DNA of 64,000 nucleotides from Candidatus Heimdallarchaeota archaeon (GCA_020353515.1 CP070695.1:4426823-4490822); one strand, 5' to 3'. Shown: positions 39,472-49,996, numbered from the stretch's first letter. Numbers and translations are program-made. Notes: a model not told the origin generated them from the letters alone.

Positions 39472-41165
39472 ACTAATCTGTCTCTTGCAGATACAACTTT
39501 CTTTAGAACAACAATATAGATTAAGATAGCAATGACTGTACAAACCAAAGCACTAGGAAGGACATCTATCAAGACCTTTTCGCCTAAAAATATCCCCATA
39601 TAGTCAAAATAGCTAAATGGGGTTAATGCAAGTAGTAAGAAGTTTTCAGTTATAAATCCAGCCAAAAGCAGAAGAATACTAATCGTAAATCCCAGTAATA
39701 ACGTTTTTTGAGTGTGCTTATACGGGACTAGAAGTCCTAATGAGAGAAATGTGATGAAAAATACACAGTACCCCCACATAAAGATCAAATAAGTTGTAGC
39801 AGCATTCAATAAATCCCCATTATTTTCAAGTGTAAAATCAATTAGCACATAGCTTAGAAAGCTAACAAAGAACAATGTTATAAGTCCTATTAGGGCGGCA
39901 ACAGTTCGATTGAAAATTATTTTTGTCTCACTTTGTGGAAGTACCCACGTAATTTCAGCGATTCTATCTTTTTTGTCTCTGAAAATAATGTTGTTTATGA
40001 TAATAAGAATAAAAGGACCAAAAGGTATCATCCAAGCCCAAGCAAAAAATTCCAGGGTAAACCAACCTTCCAGGGTTGGTTCTAGTTCATAATTGAATAG
40101 AGCTGCGTCAATAAATGGGATATCAATGCTAGCAAAAGTAGCGGCTGTCTTTACCTCTCCTTCATATGTACCTCCTTGCATGATTGTAAGACCGATTGTA
40201 ACGATTAAAAAGACAGTCATTATTCCGACCATTGAATGTAATTGATCACGCAAGGCAGGAAATCTCCATCCAAGACTTGCAATTAGCTTTTCGAGTGGTA
40301 GTTTAATAGCTGAAAGTTTTTTTGTGATCTTTTTGCTTGTTATCTCAGATTCATCAATTATTGTTTTCTTATAACCTCCTTCAATGAAATCCTTTCGATG
40401 GATTGATAAGATAGATAGTATAATTAAGATAATTGATAAAAGTAGTGCTAAAAGAATGAATTCTTCATTCCAAGTTCCCATGATCGCATTTTGGGTATTT
40501 TTCGTTTTAGAAAATAGATTTAATTCCAATAGAGCCTCAAAATCTTTGTTATTTCTAAAAGCCATATCTGAGAAAAATCCAATTATAGTATAGCCTCCCC
40601 CAATAATATAACCAGTTTTTTTGGAGAAGGATATTGAACACCCAAACCCAGTCAGAAAAGCGATAAAAATCGCAAGCATTCCTCCAATAACAAAACTAAT
40701 TGTTAAATTTATTATTGAATCAGCGTTACCATTAATTAGAAGAAAGACTATAGATAAGAAGTAACTTGGAATACATATTAACCAAATTAAACCAGTTAAT
40801 AGAATTGAGTTCTCTAGAAAATCCCTTGTGAGTGATTTGGGTGTTGAAAATAAGAGTTCCTTTCCATCCTTTTCTGCTATTGGTAAAATATTGACTCCAA
40901 GAAGGATTGCTGAAAGTGGTAAATAAATGCTAATTACCATACCTGCTGCAATAATTGTCCATATATGAAATCCTGGATTATCATATTGGAGTTCTCCAAC
41001 AAATCTCTCATAATAAATGACGATATTTTGCATTGACTCCTCGCCAGGATAGATTATTGGAAAAAATACAGTAATAGCAGAAAAAAGTAGGACCGAAAGC
41101 CCAAAAACAGTTTTATGACGGATAAAACGAAGATAAAGGAGTTCAATGAATTTCGGAAGGTACAT
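39465..41165 (-). CDS. ABC-2 type transporter permease (duplicated domain)
   Basis: Two repeats of about 6 TM; EKDGKELLFSTP; downstream of the ABC ATPase. Confidence 0.82.
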   Translation of the reverse strand: MYLPKFIELLYLRFIRHKTVFGLSVLLFSAITVFFPIIYPGEESMQNIVIYYERFVGELQYDNPGFHIWTIIAAGMVISIYLPLSAILLGVNILPIAEKDGKELLFSTPKSLTRDFLENSILLTGLIWLICIPSYFLSIVFLLINGNADSIINLTISFVIGGMLAIFIAFLTGFGCSISFSKKTGYIIGGGYTIIGFFSDMAFRNNKDFEALLELNLFSKTKNTQNAIMGTWNEEFILLALLLSIILIILSILSIHRKDFIEGGYKKTIIDESEITSKKITKKLSAIKLPLEKLIASLGWRFPALRDQLHSMVGIMTVFLIVTIGLTIMQGGTYEGEVKTAATFASIDIPFIDAALFNYELEPTLEGWFTLEFFAWAWMIPFGPFILIIINNIIFRDKKDRIAEITWVLPQSETKIIFNRTVAALIGLITLFFVSFLSYVLIDFTLENNGDLLNAATTYLIFMWGYCVFFITFLSLGLLVPYKHTQKTLLLGFTISILLLLAGFITENFLLLALTPFSYFDYMGIFLGEKVLIDVLPSALVCTVIAILIYIVVLKKVVSARDRLVQ

Positions 41166-41176
41166 TCTACTGTCTC

Positions 41177-42067
41177 CTATTTTTGAGTCTTATAAAATTG
41201 CATAAAATAGTCTTCAAGGCTTGCAGGAGGGTAAGAAAGCTCTTCAGGTTCCATTAAGAGAAGATTCTCAAGAAAGGGTTTGATAGAAGCTGATTGCGGG
41301 ACTAATATACTCACTTTATCTCCTTGAATTTCAAGCAGGTTGGCACCAAGAGCTCTTAGTTGCTCTTCATTAGGATGCTTAAGTTGTACTTCCAATTTCC
41401 TTGATACATTTTTATTAAGAGTATGAATCTCTTCAACCTTAACCAAAGTACCCTCTTTAATGATCGCCACTCGATCACAAATTCTTTGCACCTCAGAAAG
41501 ATTGTGACTACTGAAGAAAATTGTTTTTCCTTCTTTTTTTGATTCTAAAAGTAGCGTATAAAGTTCTTGTTGAAGAAGTGGGTCAAGTCCTGATGTTGGT
41601 TCATCTAGAATTAAGATCTCTGGATCATGCATGAGCGCGGCTACAATACCAACTTTTTGCTTATTTCCTTTTGAGAGTTCTCCTATCTTTTTTTTCTGAG
41701 GTAATGTAAATCGTTCAACTAGTTCATTTCGTCTTTTACTGGGATTTTTACGCATGTTTTGAATGTATGAGAGAAATTCATTTACAGTATAATTCTCTGG
41801 AAGGATAAACTCCCCAGGGATATACCCAATATTCTCCCGTATTTCAGGATTCTTTCTAGTAACCTTATTGCCATTGATCCAAATATTTCCTGATGTAGGT
41901 AGAAGAATATTTATCATACAGCGAATTGTTGTCGTTTTACCTGCTCCATTTGGACCAAGGAAGCCAAATATTTCGCCTTCCATGATTTCAAGGGATAGGT
42001 TTTCAATCCCACGAGATTTCCCGTAATATTTTGTTAGATTTTGGATTTTTATTTTTGGTTTTTTCAT
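41177..42067 (-). CDS. ABC transporter ATP-binding protein
   Basis: GPNGAGKTT, LSKGNKQK, ILDEPTSGLD, SSH. Confidence 0.95.
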   Translation of the reverse strand: MKKPKIKIQNLTKYYGKSRGIENLSLEIMEGEIFGFLGPNGAGKTTTIRCMINILLPTSGNIWINGNKVTRKNPEIRENIGYIPGEFILPENYTVNEFLSYIQNMRKNPSKRRNELVERFTLPQKKKIGELSKGNKQKVGIVAALMHDPEILILDEPTSGLDPLLQQELYTLLLESKKEGKTIFFSSHNLSEVQRICDRVAIIKEGTLVKVEEIHTLNKNVSRKLEVQLKHPNEEQLRALGANLLEIQGDKVSILVPQSASIKPFLENLLLMEPEELSYPPASLEDYFMQFYKTQK

Positions 42068-42100
42068 TTTTAAGACCTAATTGAATACCTTTTGCATGAT

Positions 42101-42175
42101 TATCGCAAATGACGGAAATTATGCAACAGCTTTTATATTTTTCGAAAATGCCAGAAATTTCATAAATGCCAGAAA
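42101..42175. promoter_or_regulatory. Putative operator array between the ABC operon and a divergent regulator
   Basis: 18-bp units T(T/A)TC-N10-GAAA: TATCGCAAATGACGGAAA (42101), TTTCGAAAATGCCAGAAA (42140), TTTCATAAATGCCAGAAA (42158). Confidence 0.65.
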
Positions 42176-42226
42176 TAAATAAAAATTTAACTTTGCTTAT
42201 CTATTATTGTTTTGGACATGAATTGA

Positions 42227-43342
42227 ATGAAAACAGCTCTTAGTCAATCCCCTTTCATAGATATAAAGAGAAATTATCTTGTTTTTATGGAACAGACATT
42301 AACTTGGTTTGATCCAAATCTAGTAAGGATTCTATTTACTTTACTCATGGAAGGGGAAGCTCTTGATCAAGATCAAATAATTGAGTTAACTGAGCTAAAT
42401 AGGGCGTCTGTTTCAGCAACGCTTTCAAGATTAACAGATTCGACTAGTAAATTCTTAGTCCTTCAAACTCGGAAAAAAGGGCAACGTAAAAAGTATCAGT
42501 GTCCTCAAAAGCTGGCAGTATATTTTCGAACTCTTTTAATAGAAGGTTTAGAAGTGACTAAATTCAGTTTGGAACAAGTTCCTCTATTGATTCACAGATT
42601 AGACTCACTATCTTCTCAAAGTTCTGAAATTTTACGTTTAAGAAGATTTCTCAATGAATATTGGGAGCTATCTAATTATTTTCATTTCACCGTAACATAT
42701 TTCCAAAATAATTTGGAAAAGTTTGTTAAGAATCCTGATTCAATTTCTCAATTAATTGGCAATCTTTCACTAAATGAAACTAAAGTTTTTAACTTTCCTG
42801 GTCCTAAATATAATTTAATAAGCGGGGATAGTCTTGAAAGAATCAAAAAGGATTTTCTTGAAGATCAAGCTGCAAGTCAATCCTCAAGTGTTGGTAAGAA
42901 GAAAGAACTTGTAATGATAGGTTTATTATTTTTTGTGGAAGAAAAACCACTCACACAAGATTATATAATTAGAATCACTGGTTATAGTCGTTCAACTGTT
43001 TCAGTGACGCTAAAAACACTCATTCGACTTAATATCCTTCAGGTAATTAAAAAGCGTAAAGATAGAAGAAAATTTTACCAATTAAAATATACTTTGACTG
43101 AAAACTTGTTCAACACTGTTAAACAGTTCCGGTATATATTTTCCAATGCTAAAGAAATCATCCAAGTTCAATTTCAATCATATCTCGAAAAATTTGAAGA
43201 GAATGGAGAAAAAGAAAAGTTATCAACATTTTTAGAGGAAAATATCCGTTTTTTTGAGTTATTTGAAGATTATACTAATGCTTGTACCTATATATTAGAG
43301 GAATTTTTATCAAAACATGAACCCTCAAACTTAGATCTATAG
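42227..43342 (+). CDS. Tandem GbsR/MarR-like wHTH regulator
   Basis: Two wHTH units: LDQDQIIELTELNRASVSATL and LTQDYIIRITGYSRSTVSVTL...RRKFY. Confidence 0.8.
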   Translation: MKTALSQSPFIDIKRNYLVFMEQTLTWFDPNLVRILFTLLMEGEALDQDQIIELTELNRASVSATLSRLTDSTSKFLVLQTRKKGQRKKYQCPQKLAVYFRTLLIEGLEVTKFSLEQVPLLIHRLDSLSSQSSEILRLRRFLNEYWELSNYFHFTVTYFQNNLEKFVKNPDSISQLIGNLSLNETKVFNFPGPKYNLISGDSLERIKKDFLEDQAASQSSSVGKKKELVMIGLLFFVEEKPLTQDYIIRITGYSRSTVSVTLKTLIRLNILQVIKKRKDRRKFYQLKYTLTENLFNTVKQFRYIFSNAKEIIQVQFQSYLEKFEENGEKEKLSTFLEENIRFFELFEDYTNACTYILEEFLSKHEPSNLDL

Positions 43343-43542
43343 CCAGTCATTTAGTTTCACTCTGTAGTAAAAGTAAACCCGCACTTAATATTTAACTATG
43401 CCCAAGGTTTATTATGTGAGGAAACTGGAGTACTTGAGAAATAAAGATAAGATTCATTTAATCATCCAGAATTCATATATTCACATTGTAATCAAAACCT
43501 ATCTGGTTTATATAACATTCCTAAAATCGTGAGAGTGAATAT

Positions 43543-44100
43543 ATGAGTATTTTAACATCATTCTTTGAAAAATATAAATTTGAACAGTATCTATTAGGAT
43601 TTCTAAGAATTGCTTACGGTTTTGAATTTCTTTGGGCATTTTTAGACAAACTACTAGGACTGGGAATAAACACTACTCCAGAAAATTCATTTTTAGCTGG
43701 TGGTAGTCCAACTGAGGGTTATTTACTATATGCATCAAATCCTAATAGTCCTTTTTCAGCGATTTTTAATGGTCCAGATGCATTGTTACTGCAGCTTGGG
43801 ATCTTAGTTGATTTAGCTTACATGGCGATGCTTTTAGTTGGAGGAATAACTTTAATCACTGGTATTGGAGTTCGTATAGGTGGTTTTTCAACAGCAATTT
43901 TCTTCTTTTCGGTTTGGCTTTCTTCTATTCCCCCTGAATTTAACCCGATTCTTGAAGAACATTTCCTTCAAATGTGGATTTTGATTTTCTTTGCCATTTC
44001 AAGCTCTGGTTACTGGCTAGGACTTGGAGAACGTTGGCATCGTTTCTTAGAATTGAATCTGAGTAAGAAATTAGGAAGATTAACTTGGATTTTACACTAA
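43543..44100 (+). CDS. DoxX family membrane protein
   Basis: LRIAYGFEFLWAFLDKLLG...GGSPTEGYL...NPILEEH...GLG. Confidence 0.85.
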   Translation: MSILTSFFEKYKFEQYLLGFLRIAYGFEFLWAFLDKLLGLGINTTPENSFLAGGSPTEGYLLYASNPNSPFSAIFNGPDALLLQLGILVDLAYMAMLLVGGITLITGIGVRIGGFSTAIFFFSVWLSSIPPEFNPILEEHFLQMWILIFFAISSSGYWLGLGERWHRFLELNLSKKLGRLTWILH

Positions 44101-44306
44101 CTAAAATCGTTTTTTTTTCTAAAATGAGATTAATTATTTTCTTAGAAAATCTGCTATGACATTTTTGGATTAATTATTGGAATACTACTACGTTTAGGGT
44201 TATTACGTCCAAGTTATGATTATCTCATATGTTTTTATCAAAACATGATTGTCTATTTAGAGTTGAAACATAGATATTTCTCACCCCCTCTCTTTTTTTT
44301 GATTAA

Positions 44307-44885
44307 TCACCATATTTTGGGAATTAAGCGATAAGGGACTTTTTTCATATATTCATTATAGTTTAAAAGATCCTTCAACAACATTTCTTCTTCTTTACGG
44401 ATCCGAAAGACTAACAAAAAGGGTATTGGTACCGCCAAGAATATGGATACTAACGAACCAAGTGTAATTGGCGTACTAAAAGCCAGAAGTATAAAACTCA
44501 CGTACATTGGATGTCGTATGATTCCATATGGTCCAATCGTAATTAATAAGTGATTTTCATGTATTATTAGACCCTTTGAAGAGTAAGAATTCGCTCTCAT
44601 GACCCAGAAATTAATAATGTATGTGAGTGCAAGCCCTAAAAACCCGATTATCCTAATTAAACTCTTTAATTGTGTCCATTGGAATTTATAATCAAATCCT
44701 GGCAGAATTATCAATTGAAAAAATAAAAGACCGAAAATAACTAGGAAAATATTGTCAGCTTTGCTAGTAGACAGTTTTTTACGTTTTCTCAGCGTCGATA
44801 GATCCTTGATAATGAAGTAAATAGTCATAGTGATGTAGCATTGCTCATTTTCGATTTGAATAAGTTGGTTTGGATACTCTCTCAC
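44307..44885 (-). CDS. Isoprenylcysteine carboxylmethyltransferase/PEMT family protein (5' end possibly degraded)
   Basis: HLLITIGPYGIIRHPMY, RIRKEEEML, YMKKVPYRLIP. Confidence 0.8.
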   Translation of the reverse strand: MREYPNQLIQIENEQCYITMTIYFIIKDLSTLRKRKKLSTSKADNIFLVIFGLLFFQLIILPGFDYKFQWTQLKSLIRIIGFLGLALTYIINFWVMRANSYSSKGLIIHENHLLITIGPYGIIRHPMYVSFILLAFSTPITLGSLVSIFLAVPIPFLLVFRIRKEEEMLLKDLLNYNEYMKKVPYRLIPKIW

Positions 44886-45065
44886 TTTCGTTTTATTTTA
44901 TGATTTTTGACTAAACGTATTAGGAGAGAACAAAAAAAGAATTATATTCAAAAAAGGGTTTTAAGAGGCTCAATTTTTTTTAGATAACAATTAGATGATG
45001 AGGTCAATTGTCATTCATCAAGTAGATTTAAGAAGCAAAAAGGAAGTAGGTTTTCCCAATGTTGG

Positions 45066-46631
45066 TTGAGGAATATGTCAAGGTCAATTGAATTTGAAAG
45101 GTCGGAAACACTTTATCTTTTCTTTTCTTATGATCAAGAGGATTTAATTCAAGAATTTGGGAGGATTGGACTTACTCCGAAGACATATGAGGATACTCCT
45201 GTTACTAGGACTTTATACTTAGGAGCCACTGTTGGTATGAGGCCTGGGGTATCTATTAAGGTCAGATCATATTCTCCAGATTGGGCAAAAAACGTTTATC
45301 ATATAACTCCTGATTCAGAATTCGATTTATTAGAGATTAAATTAACCACTGGGCAAGCGACTATTTCTAGCAGTTTAATAGATTCTCAAGATGAAAGCAG
45401 TGATCTTGTTTTCTCCTTTCAGCGTTCTCTAGATGACGCTTTACTTAAAAGACGACCCCGTCTGAAAAGAAAGTCTCGCTTAATGAAAGCCAAAAACCCT
45501 AACTTTCCTTTTGAAGGGAAAAATTCGAATAAAATAACATTCAAGCAAGTAATTCAAGTTTTAACAAGTTCTAGTGAGCTAGATGAATTTTTAAATCCAA
45601 AGCTGCTCAATAATCTTAATGGTAAGGTTAGACCATTATATGGTAAAACGATCCTTCCATTCATAGTTACGCAGTATGGTCGAATTCATTTTGTCCCACA
45701 AGAAGATGCTGGAGAATGGAAGGATGTAGTTAGAGTAACGATTGATCCAGGTGTTGAATTTTACAATTTAATTCAGAAAGATCCTGAAACTTTTGTAGAT
45801 AAACCAGAGATGATCGCAGAGTTTTTGATGAAAGAGAAACATTCCCGTTTAGAATTAAAAATAGATCCAACAGCTTTAGAACAGTATCCTAAATTTAAAA
45901 ATGATTTAAAAGCAATCTTTAAAAAATATGGAGTAATGAACAGTATCTCAAAGAAATGGACTGGTTTAAATGCAACTACAGATCATTATATAGCCCAACA
46001 AAATCTTTGGTGTGAAAGAGAGAATAGATATTGTACTTTCCCTGTTCATCGATCATGGTACCGTTTTGGTAGTCCAAGACTAATCTTTTCTAAGCTAGTA
46101 AACCCCTCTGAGAACTTCGTACCATATGCAAATGATCTCAAAGTCCTGATAAAAAATGTTCACAGCGTTGATGCAGTTACCCATGCGGATCAAGAATTCC
46201 ATGTTTCTTTACAGGCATCTCGGCTTATTTTTAATTTACCTCCAGAAATTCAACCTTATGAAGATAATAACTCTAAATTAAATGTCATTCGAGAAAAGAA
46301 ATCTATTCGAGATATACAACTCTATTCAAAAAAGCAACTAGAGAAATTAACAGAAGAATTCCCAATGGATATTATAGGACATTCATATTACCGCAGTTTT
46401 GGAGGTCTGATTTGTTCTGAAAACACCAATCGGATATATAAATTCTCGATCGAAAGGAAACGCACAATGATTGATCGACAATTGAAAGCAAAATTTTATT
46501 GTAAGTTACGATATTTAGGCTCCAAATTCAGATTGCTTCAAGATGATGAAGAGGAGATTGTCTCTGATTTTAAGACTTTTTACGATAAATTCAACGATCA
46601 TTTCTCCCGGCCAATTGAGCTCTATCTATAA
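45066..46631 (+). CDS. VTC-like (triphosphate tunnel metalloenzyme) domain protein with a second, degenerate CYTH-like domain
   Basis: Ordered motifs FERSETLY, TRTLYL, IKVRSY, LLEIK, KSR, LPFIVTQYGR, RVTID, LELK, ISKK parallel the VTC consensus. Confidence 0.6.
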   Translation: MRNMSRSIEFERSETLYLFFSYDQEDLIQEFGRIGLTPKTYEDTPVTRTLYLGATVGMRPGVSIKVRSYSPDWAKNVYHITPDSEFDLLEIKLTTGQATISSSLIDSQDESSDLVFSFQRSLDDALLKRRPRLKRKSRLMKAKNPNFPFEGKNSNKITFKQVIQVLTSSSELDEFLNPKLLNNLNGKVRPLYGKTILPFIVTQYGRIHFVPQEDAGEWKDVVRVTIDPGVEFYNLIQKDPETFVDKPEMIAEFLMKEKHSRLELKIDPTALEQYPKFKNDLKAIFKKYGVMNSISKKWTGLNATTDHYIAQQNLWCERENRYCTFPVHRSWYRFGSPRLIFSKLVNPSENFVPYANDLKVLIKNVHSVDAVTHADQEFHVSLQASRLIFNLPPEIQPYEDNNSKLNVIREKKSIRDIQLYSKKQLEKLTEEFPMDIIGHSYYRSFGGLICSENTNRIYKFSIERKRTMIDRQLKAKFYCKLRYLGSKFRLLQDDEEEIVSDFKTFYDKFNDHFSRPIELYL

Positions 46632-46692
46632 TTTTCTCGCACTTTACTAAATTCAAACATAACCAGTGATTTAAAGACTAAGTGGATCTTCA

Positions 46693-47349
46693 ATGTGGGA
46701 ATGGCGTTTTTTTTGTGACTTAGCGAGTGCCTCTTATTTTTTTACTAATCAAACAGATTTGGAATCAGCAATTAACTCAGAAGATCATGAGATACGTTTT
46801 GATAGGTATGTGAATCTGCGTACTCCAGAATTAGGTTTAAAATTTCGAAACATTAGAAATAATGTTAGAAAAGCATTACTTGAGCTAAAAGTCTTGTTTC
46901 AGACAAACCAATGGAAAGCGGAATTTTGGGAAAAACCAATAAGAAGATACACATTTACTCATCCAGGTAGAGAAGTAATCCCAACTATTCTCCATGAAGA
47001 ATCAAACAAACTTTACCCAGAATTATCAAAAAAAATCAATTGGATTCTTGACCATATTTCAAGTAAGGAGTTAGAATTCACTACTATTAAGAAAAAACGC
47101 AAAATACTTCATCTATATGATCCTAACAAAGTTGTTAAGTCTAAATTTCAGATCCCCAAAGCGTCCACAAGAATTGAACAAACAGTGGTCGAATTTAATC
47201 AAACAACATGGAAGACGATCTCAATACAATCTTATAATGATCAAACAATCAAAGGAATCCTTGATAACCTTGCGATAGATGAGCGATACATTATTTCAGG
47301 TTATCCAGGTTTTTTAATAGGACAATCCACAACTAATAATAATCTTTAA
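46693..47349 (+). CDS. CYTH-like domain protein
   Basis: WEWRFF, RFDRY, GLKFR, LELKV, EFWEK, KKKR, EQT, WKTISIQ, GYP. Confidence 0.65.
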   Translation: MWEWRFFCDLASASYFFTNQTDLESAINSEDHEIRFDRYVNLRTPELGLKFRNIRNNVRKALLELKVLFQTNQWKAEFWEKPIRRYTFTHPGREVIPTILHEESNKLYPELSKKINWILDHISSKELEFTTIKKKRKILHLYDPNKVVKSKFQIPKASTRIEQTVVEFNQTTWKTISIQSYNDQTIKGILDNLAIDERYIISGYPGFLIGQSTTNNNL

Positions 47350-48571
47350 CTTCGATAACCGATGGATCAATCTTCAAATCTTGGATTAACGTCCTTTGCT
47401 TTGTATCTATTTCAATTCGTTCTAAGCTTGGTAATTCTGATAATTCTTCTGGAATTTCTTTAAGTGGATTATGCCGTAATCCTAAGACACGCAATTTTTG
47501 ACATTTGTGAATATTTTCTGGTAATTGGGTGATGTTGTTTGAGTTTAAGTATAGAAATTCAAGGTTCTCTAACTTATTAACATCAAAGGAAAAATCTTCT
47601 ATTTCATTGTGTGAAATCCAAGCTTCACGTAAATTGGTCATATTTTCCAAACTCGGTAAAATTTTTATGTCATTGTGGCTTAAATCGAGTTTTTCTAATT
47701 TTATTAACTTTGAAAATGATTCTGGAATTTCTGTTAAGAAGTTATTATAACCTCCAAAATCTTTAAGAGATAAAATATCACCTATTCCATCTGGTAACTC
47801 TCTTAACCTGTTACACTCTAATTCCAGACGTCTTAAAACCTTAAATTCTCCAATATTATCTGGTAATGTTTCCAAGTAATTATCTCGGATATCTAATCTT
47901 TCTAACTTTTCAATCTTAACTATAGATCTGGGAAGTTCAGCTATTCTATTCTTTTGTATGTTTAAATAATTTAATCTAGGAAACCGTGTCATATCTTCAA
48001 AAAGACGCGAGAATCTATTTGTGCGCAGAATCAGTTTTTCTAAGCCCACAAGTCCACTAAGATTTTCTGGTACTTCTGTCAAAAAATTTCGTCGAACATC
48101 AAAAATTTCCAGTTTGGTTAAACGATTAAGATTTTCAGGTAATCTTGTCAATTGATTTCTGCCTACTGCTAGTTTCATTAAATTCGTGCAATTGCATATA
48201 CTCTCTGGAAGAATTGACAGGTTATTCCTTCGAATTTCTAGGTGTTCTAACTTTTCCAAATTACCAATTGATTCTGGTAATTCAATAAGCTGATTACGAT
48301 TAAGATCAAGCCGAGTTAGAGTGCGAAGATCTCCTATATTATCAGGTAGTGTTTCTAATTTGTTCTCTCTTAGATTTAAGCGTTCCAAATGCTTAAGTTC
48401 AGAAATTGATTCAGGGATTTGAGTCAGTCCAAGACTCCTCAAATTTAGCAATACAATCTTATCCTTATCGAAAACTGTATTACCTCTACTTAACAGTTGA
48501 TTAACTGAATACTCACGAAATTCAAAATGAAACTCATCAATTATTTGATTCAAAACTTCCAGTTCACTCAT
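47333..48571 (-). CDS. Leucine-rich repeat protein (about 15 repeats of 23 aa)
   Basis: LxxLxLxxNxLxxLPxxIxxL repeats. Confidence 0.93.
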   Translation of the reverse strand: MSELEVLNQIIDEFHFEFREYSVNQLLSRGNTVFDKDKIVLLNLRSLGLTQIPESISELKHLERLNLRENKLETLPDNIGDLRTLTRLDLNRNQLIELPESIGNLEKLEHLEIRRNNLSILPESICNCTNLMKLAVGRNQLTRLPENLNRLTKLEIFDVRRNFLTEVPENLSGLVGLEKLILRTNRFSRLFEDMTRFPRLNYLNIQKNRIAELPRSIVKIEKLERLDIRDNYLETLPDNIGEFKVLRRLELECNRLRELPDGIGDILSLKDFGGYNNFLTEIPESFSKLIKLEKLDLSHNDIKILPSLENMTNLREAWISHNEIEDFSFDVNKLENLEFLYLNSNNITQLPENIHKCQKLRVLGLRHNPLKEIPEELSELPSLERIEIDTKQRTLIQDLKIDPSVIEVKDYY

Positions 48572-49898
48572 AGACCCTCACTCCTTTGGCTTTTAAGTCA
48601 CTTATTATCGGCATGGATTGGTCAGATAAGGGATTATTCTTGACGTTGATCATCTTGAGGTTGGGTAAATCAAGTAACGATTTGGGAAGATCTCTGAAAT
48701 TATTGTTATCTAAGGCTAGACCTTCAAGTTTTGTCAATTTGTCTATATCAGAGGGAAGATCGGATATTTGATTATTGGAAACCCAGATCTCTCTTAATAT
48801 TGGTAGATCACATACAGCTGGTGGAATGTCCTTAAGTTGATTTTTCGAAAGAAATAGGAATTCTAGGTTTCGTAAATTCTTAATATGATCTGGAACATCC
48901 GTTAATTGATTGTTATTATAATTTAATTCTTTTAAGTTATCAATTGATGTAATTGATGGAGAGATCTCCGTGATTTCATTCTCTTCTAGGGTTAAAATTC
49001 GTAACAGCTTTAAATTCTTCAACGAATCGGGAAGATCTTTTAGCTTATTATCTGAAAAGCTTAATTCAGTTAGTAGCTTTAGTTCCCCCACTCCTTCAGA
49101 TATTGAGGTAAGATGATTCGCAATGAAGTCTAATCTTGACATGTTTTTTAATTGCCAAAGACTCTCAGGTAGAGAAGTTAACTGGTTTGACCTAAAATCT
49201 ATCCTATTCAAATTTATTAAATTCCCTAGTGCGTCAGGTAATTCTATTAATTGGTTCTTTTGTAAATTAAAAGTAACTAATCCTTGAAGATTTTCAATTT
49301 CATCAGGGATTTTGGAAATGTGATTATTCCCTAAATCTAATTCTATAAGATTGACTAATTTTGTTACTGACAGTGGTATCGTGGAAAGACCCATGTTACG
49401 TAAACTGAGTAATTCCAAACGGTCTAACCTATCAATATCCTCGGGAAAGGATTCTATGGATAAATAATTATTGTTTAACAAAAGCTGTCTGAGATTAGAG
49501 ATCGGTAAGATTTCTTTTGGAAAAGAAGTAAATAAACATTCACGTAAATCTAATCGCCGTAGCCTTTGAAGTTTGGCAATTTCTTTGGGTAATGATTTTA
49601 TTGGATTCCAACGTAAATCCAAGCGTTTTAAATTGATTAGCTTTGTAGTACCAAGAGGTAGGGATTTAAGGTCATTGGTACGTAAATCTAATCTATTTAA
49701 TTGTTTAAATAACCCAATTTCATATCCTAGTTCCTTGATATGTAACTCCCTGAGATCTAATTTTTTGAAAAAATCAATAACATATACTGTTCTTCGCCGA
49801 TTTAATATTTCATCAATTTGAATATCCCCTGGAAGCTTTTGAAGTAAGTTTTTGAGATTTTCAAGTTCAAAGCTTTCAGTCATTAATGTTTCCATCAC
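48564..49898 (-). CDS. Leucine-rich repeat protein (about 17 repeats of 23 aa)
   Basis: LxxLxLxxNxLxxLP repeats; 8-bp overlap with the downstream LRR gene. Confidence 0.93.
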   Translation of the reverse strand: MMETLMTESFELENLKNLLQKLPGDIQIDEILNRRRTVYVIDFFKKLDLRELHIKELGYEIGLFKQLNRLDLRTNDLKSLPLGTTKLINLKRLDLRWNPIKSLPKEIAKLQRLRRLDLRECLFTSFPKEILPISNLRQLLLNNNYLSIESFPEDIDRLDRLELLSLRNMGLSTIPLSVTKLVNLIELDLGNNHISKIPDEIENLQGLVTFNLQKNQLIELPDALGNLINLNRIDFRSNQLTSLPESLWQLKNMSRLDFIANHLTSISEGVGELKLLTELSFSDNKLKDLPDSLKNLKLLRILTLEENEITEISPSITSIDNLKELNYNNNQLTDVPDHIKNLRNLEFLFLSKNQLKDIPPAVCDLPILREIWVSNNQISDLPSDIDKLTKLEGLALDNNNFRDLPKSLLDLPNLKMINVKNNPLSDQSMPIISDLKAKGVRVYE

Positions 49899-49996
49899 TT
49901 TAAGTCAACCTTTCTTAAGAAATGACAAATTAGATCAAATATCTACAGTCTAAAAAACATTTTTACTTATTTACACTAATAAACTAATTAATCTTT

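Noticed and set aside
47333-49898. LRR periodicity as a CRISPR array or diversity-generating retroelement target
   Set aside because: Repeats are degenerate at the DNA level and coding; no reverse transcriptase or TR/VR pair seen
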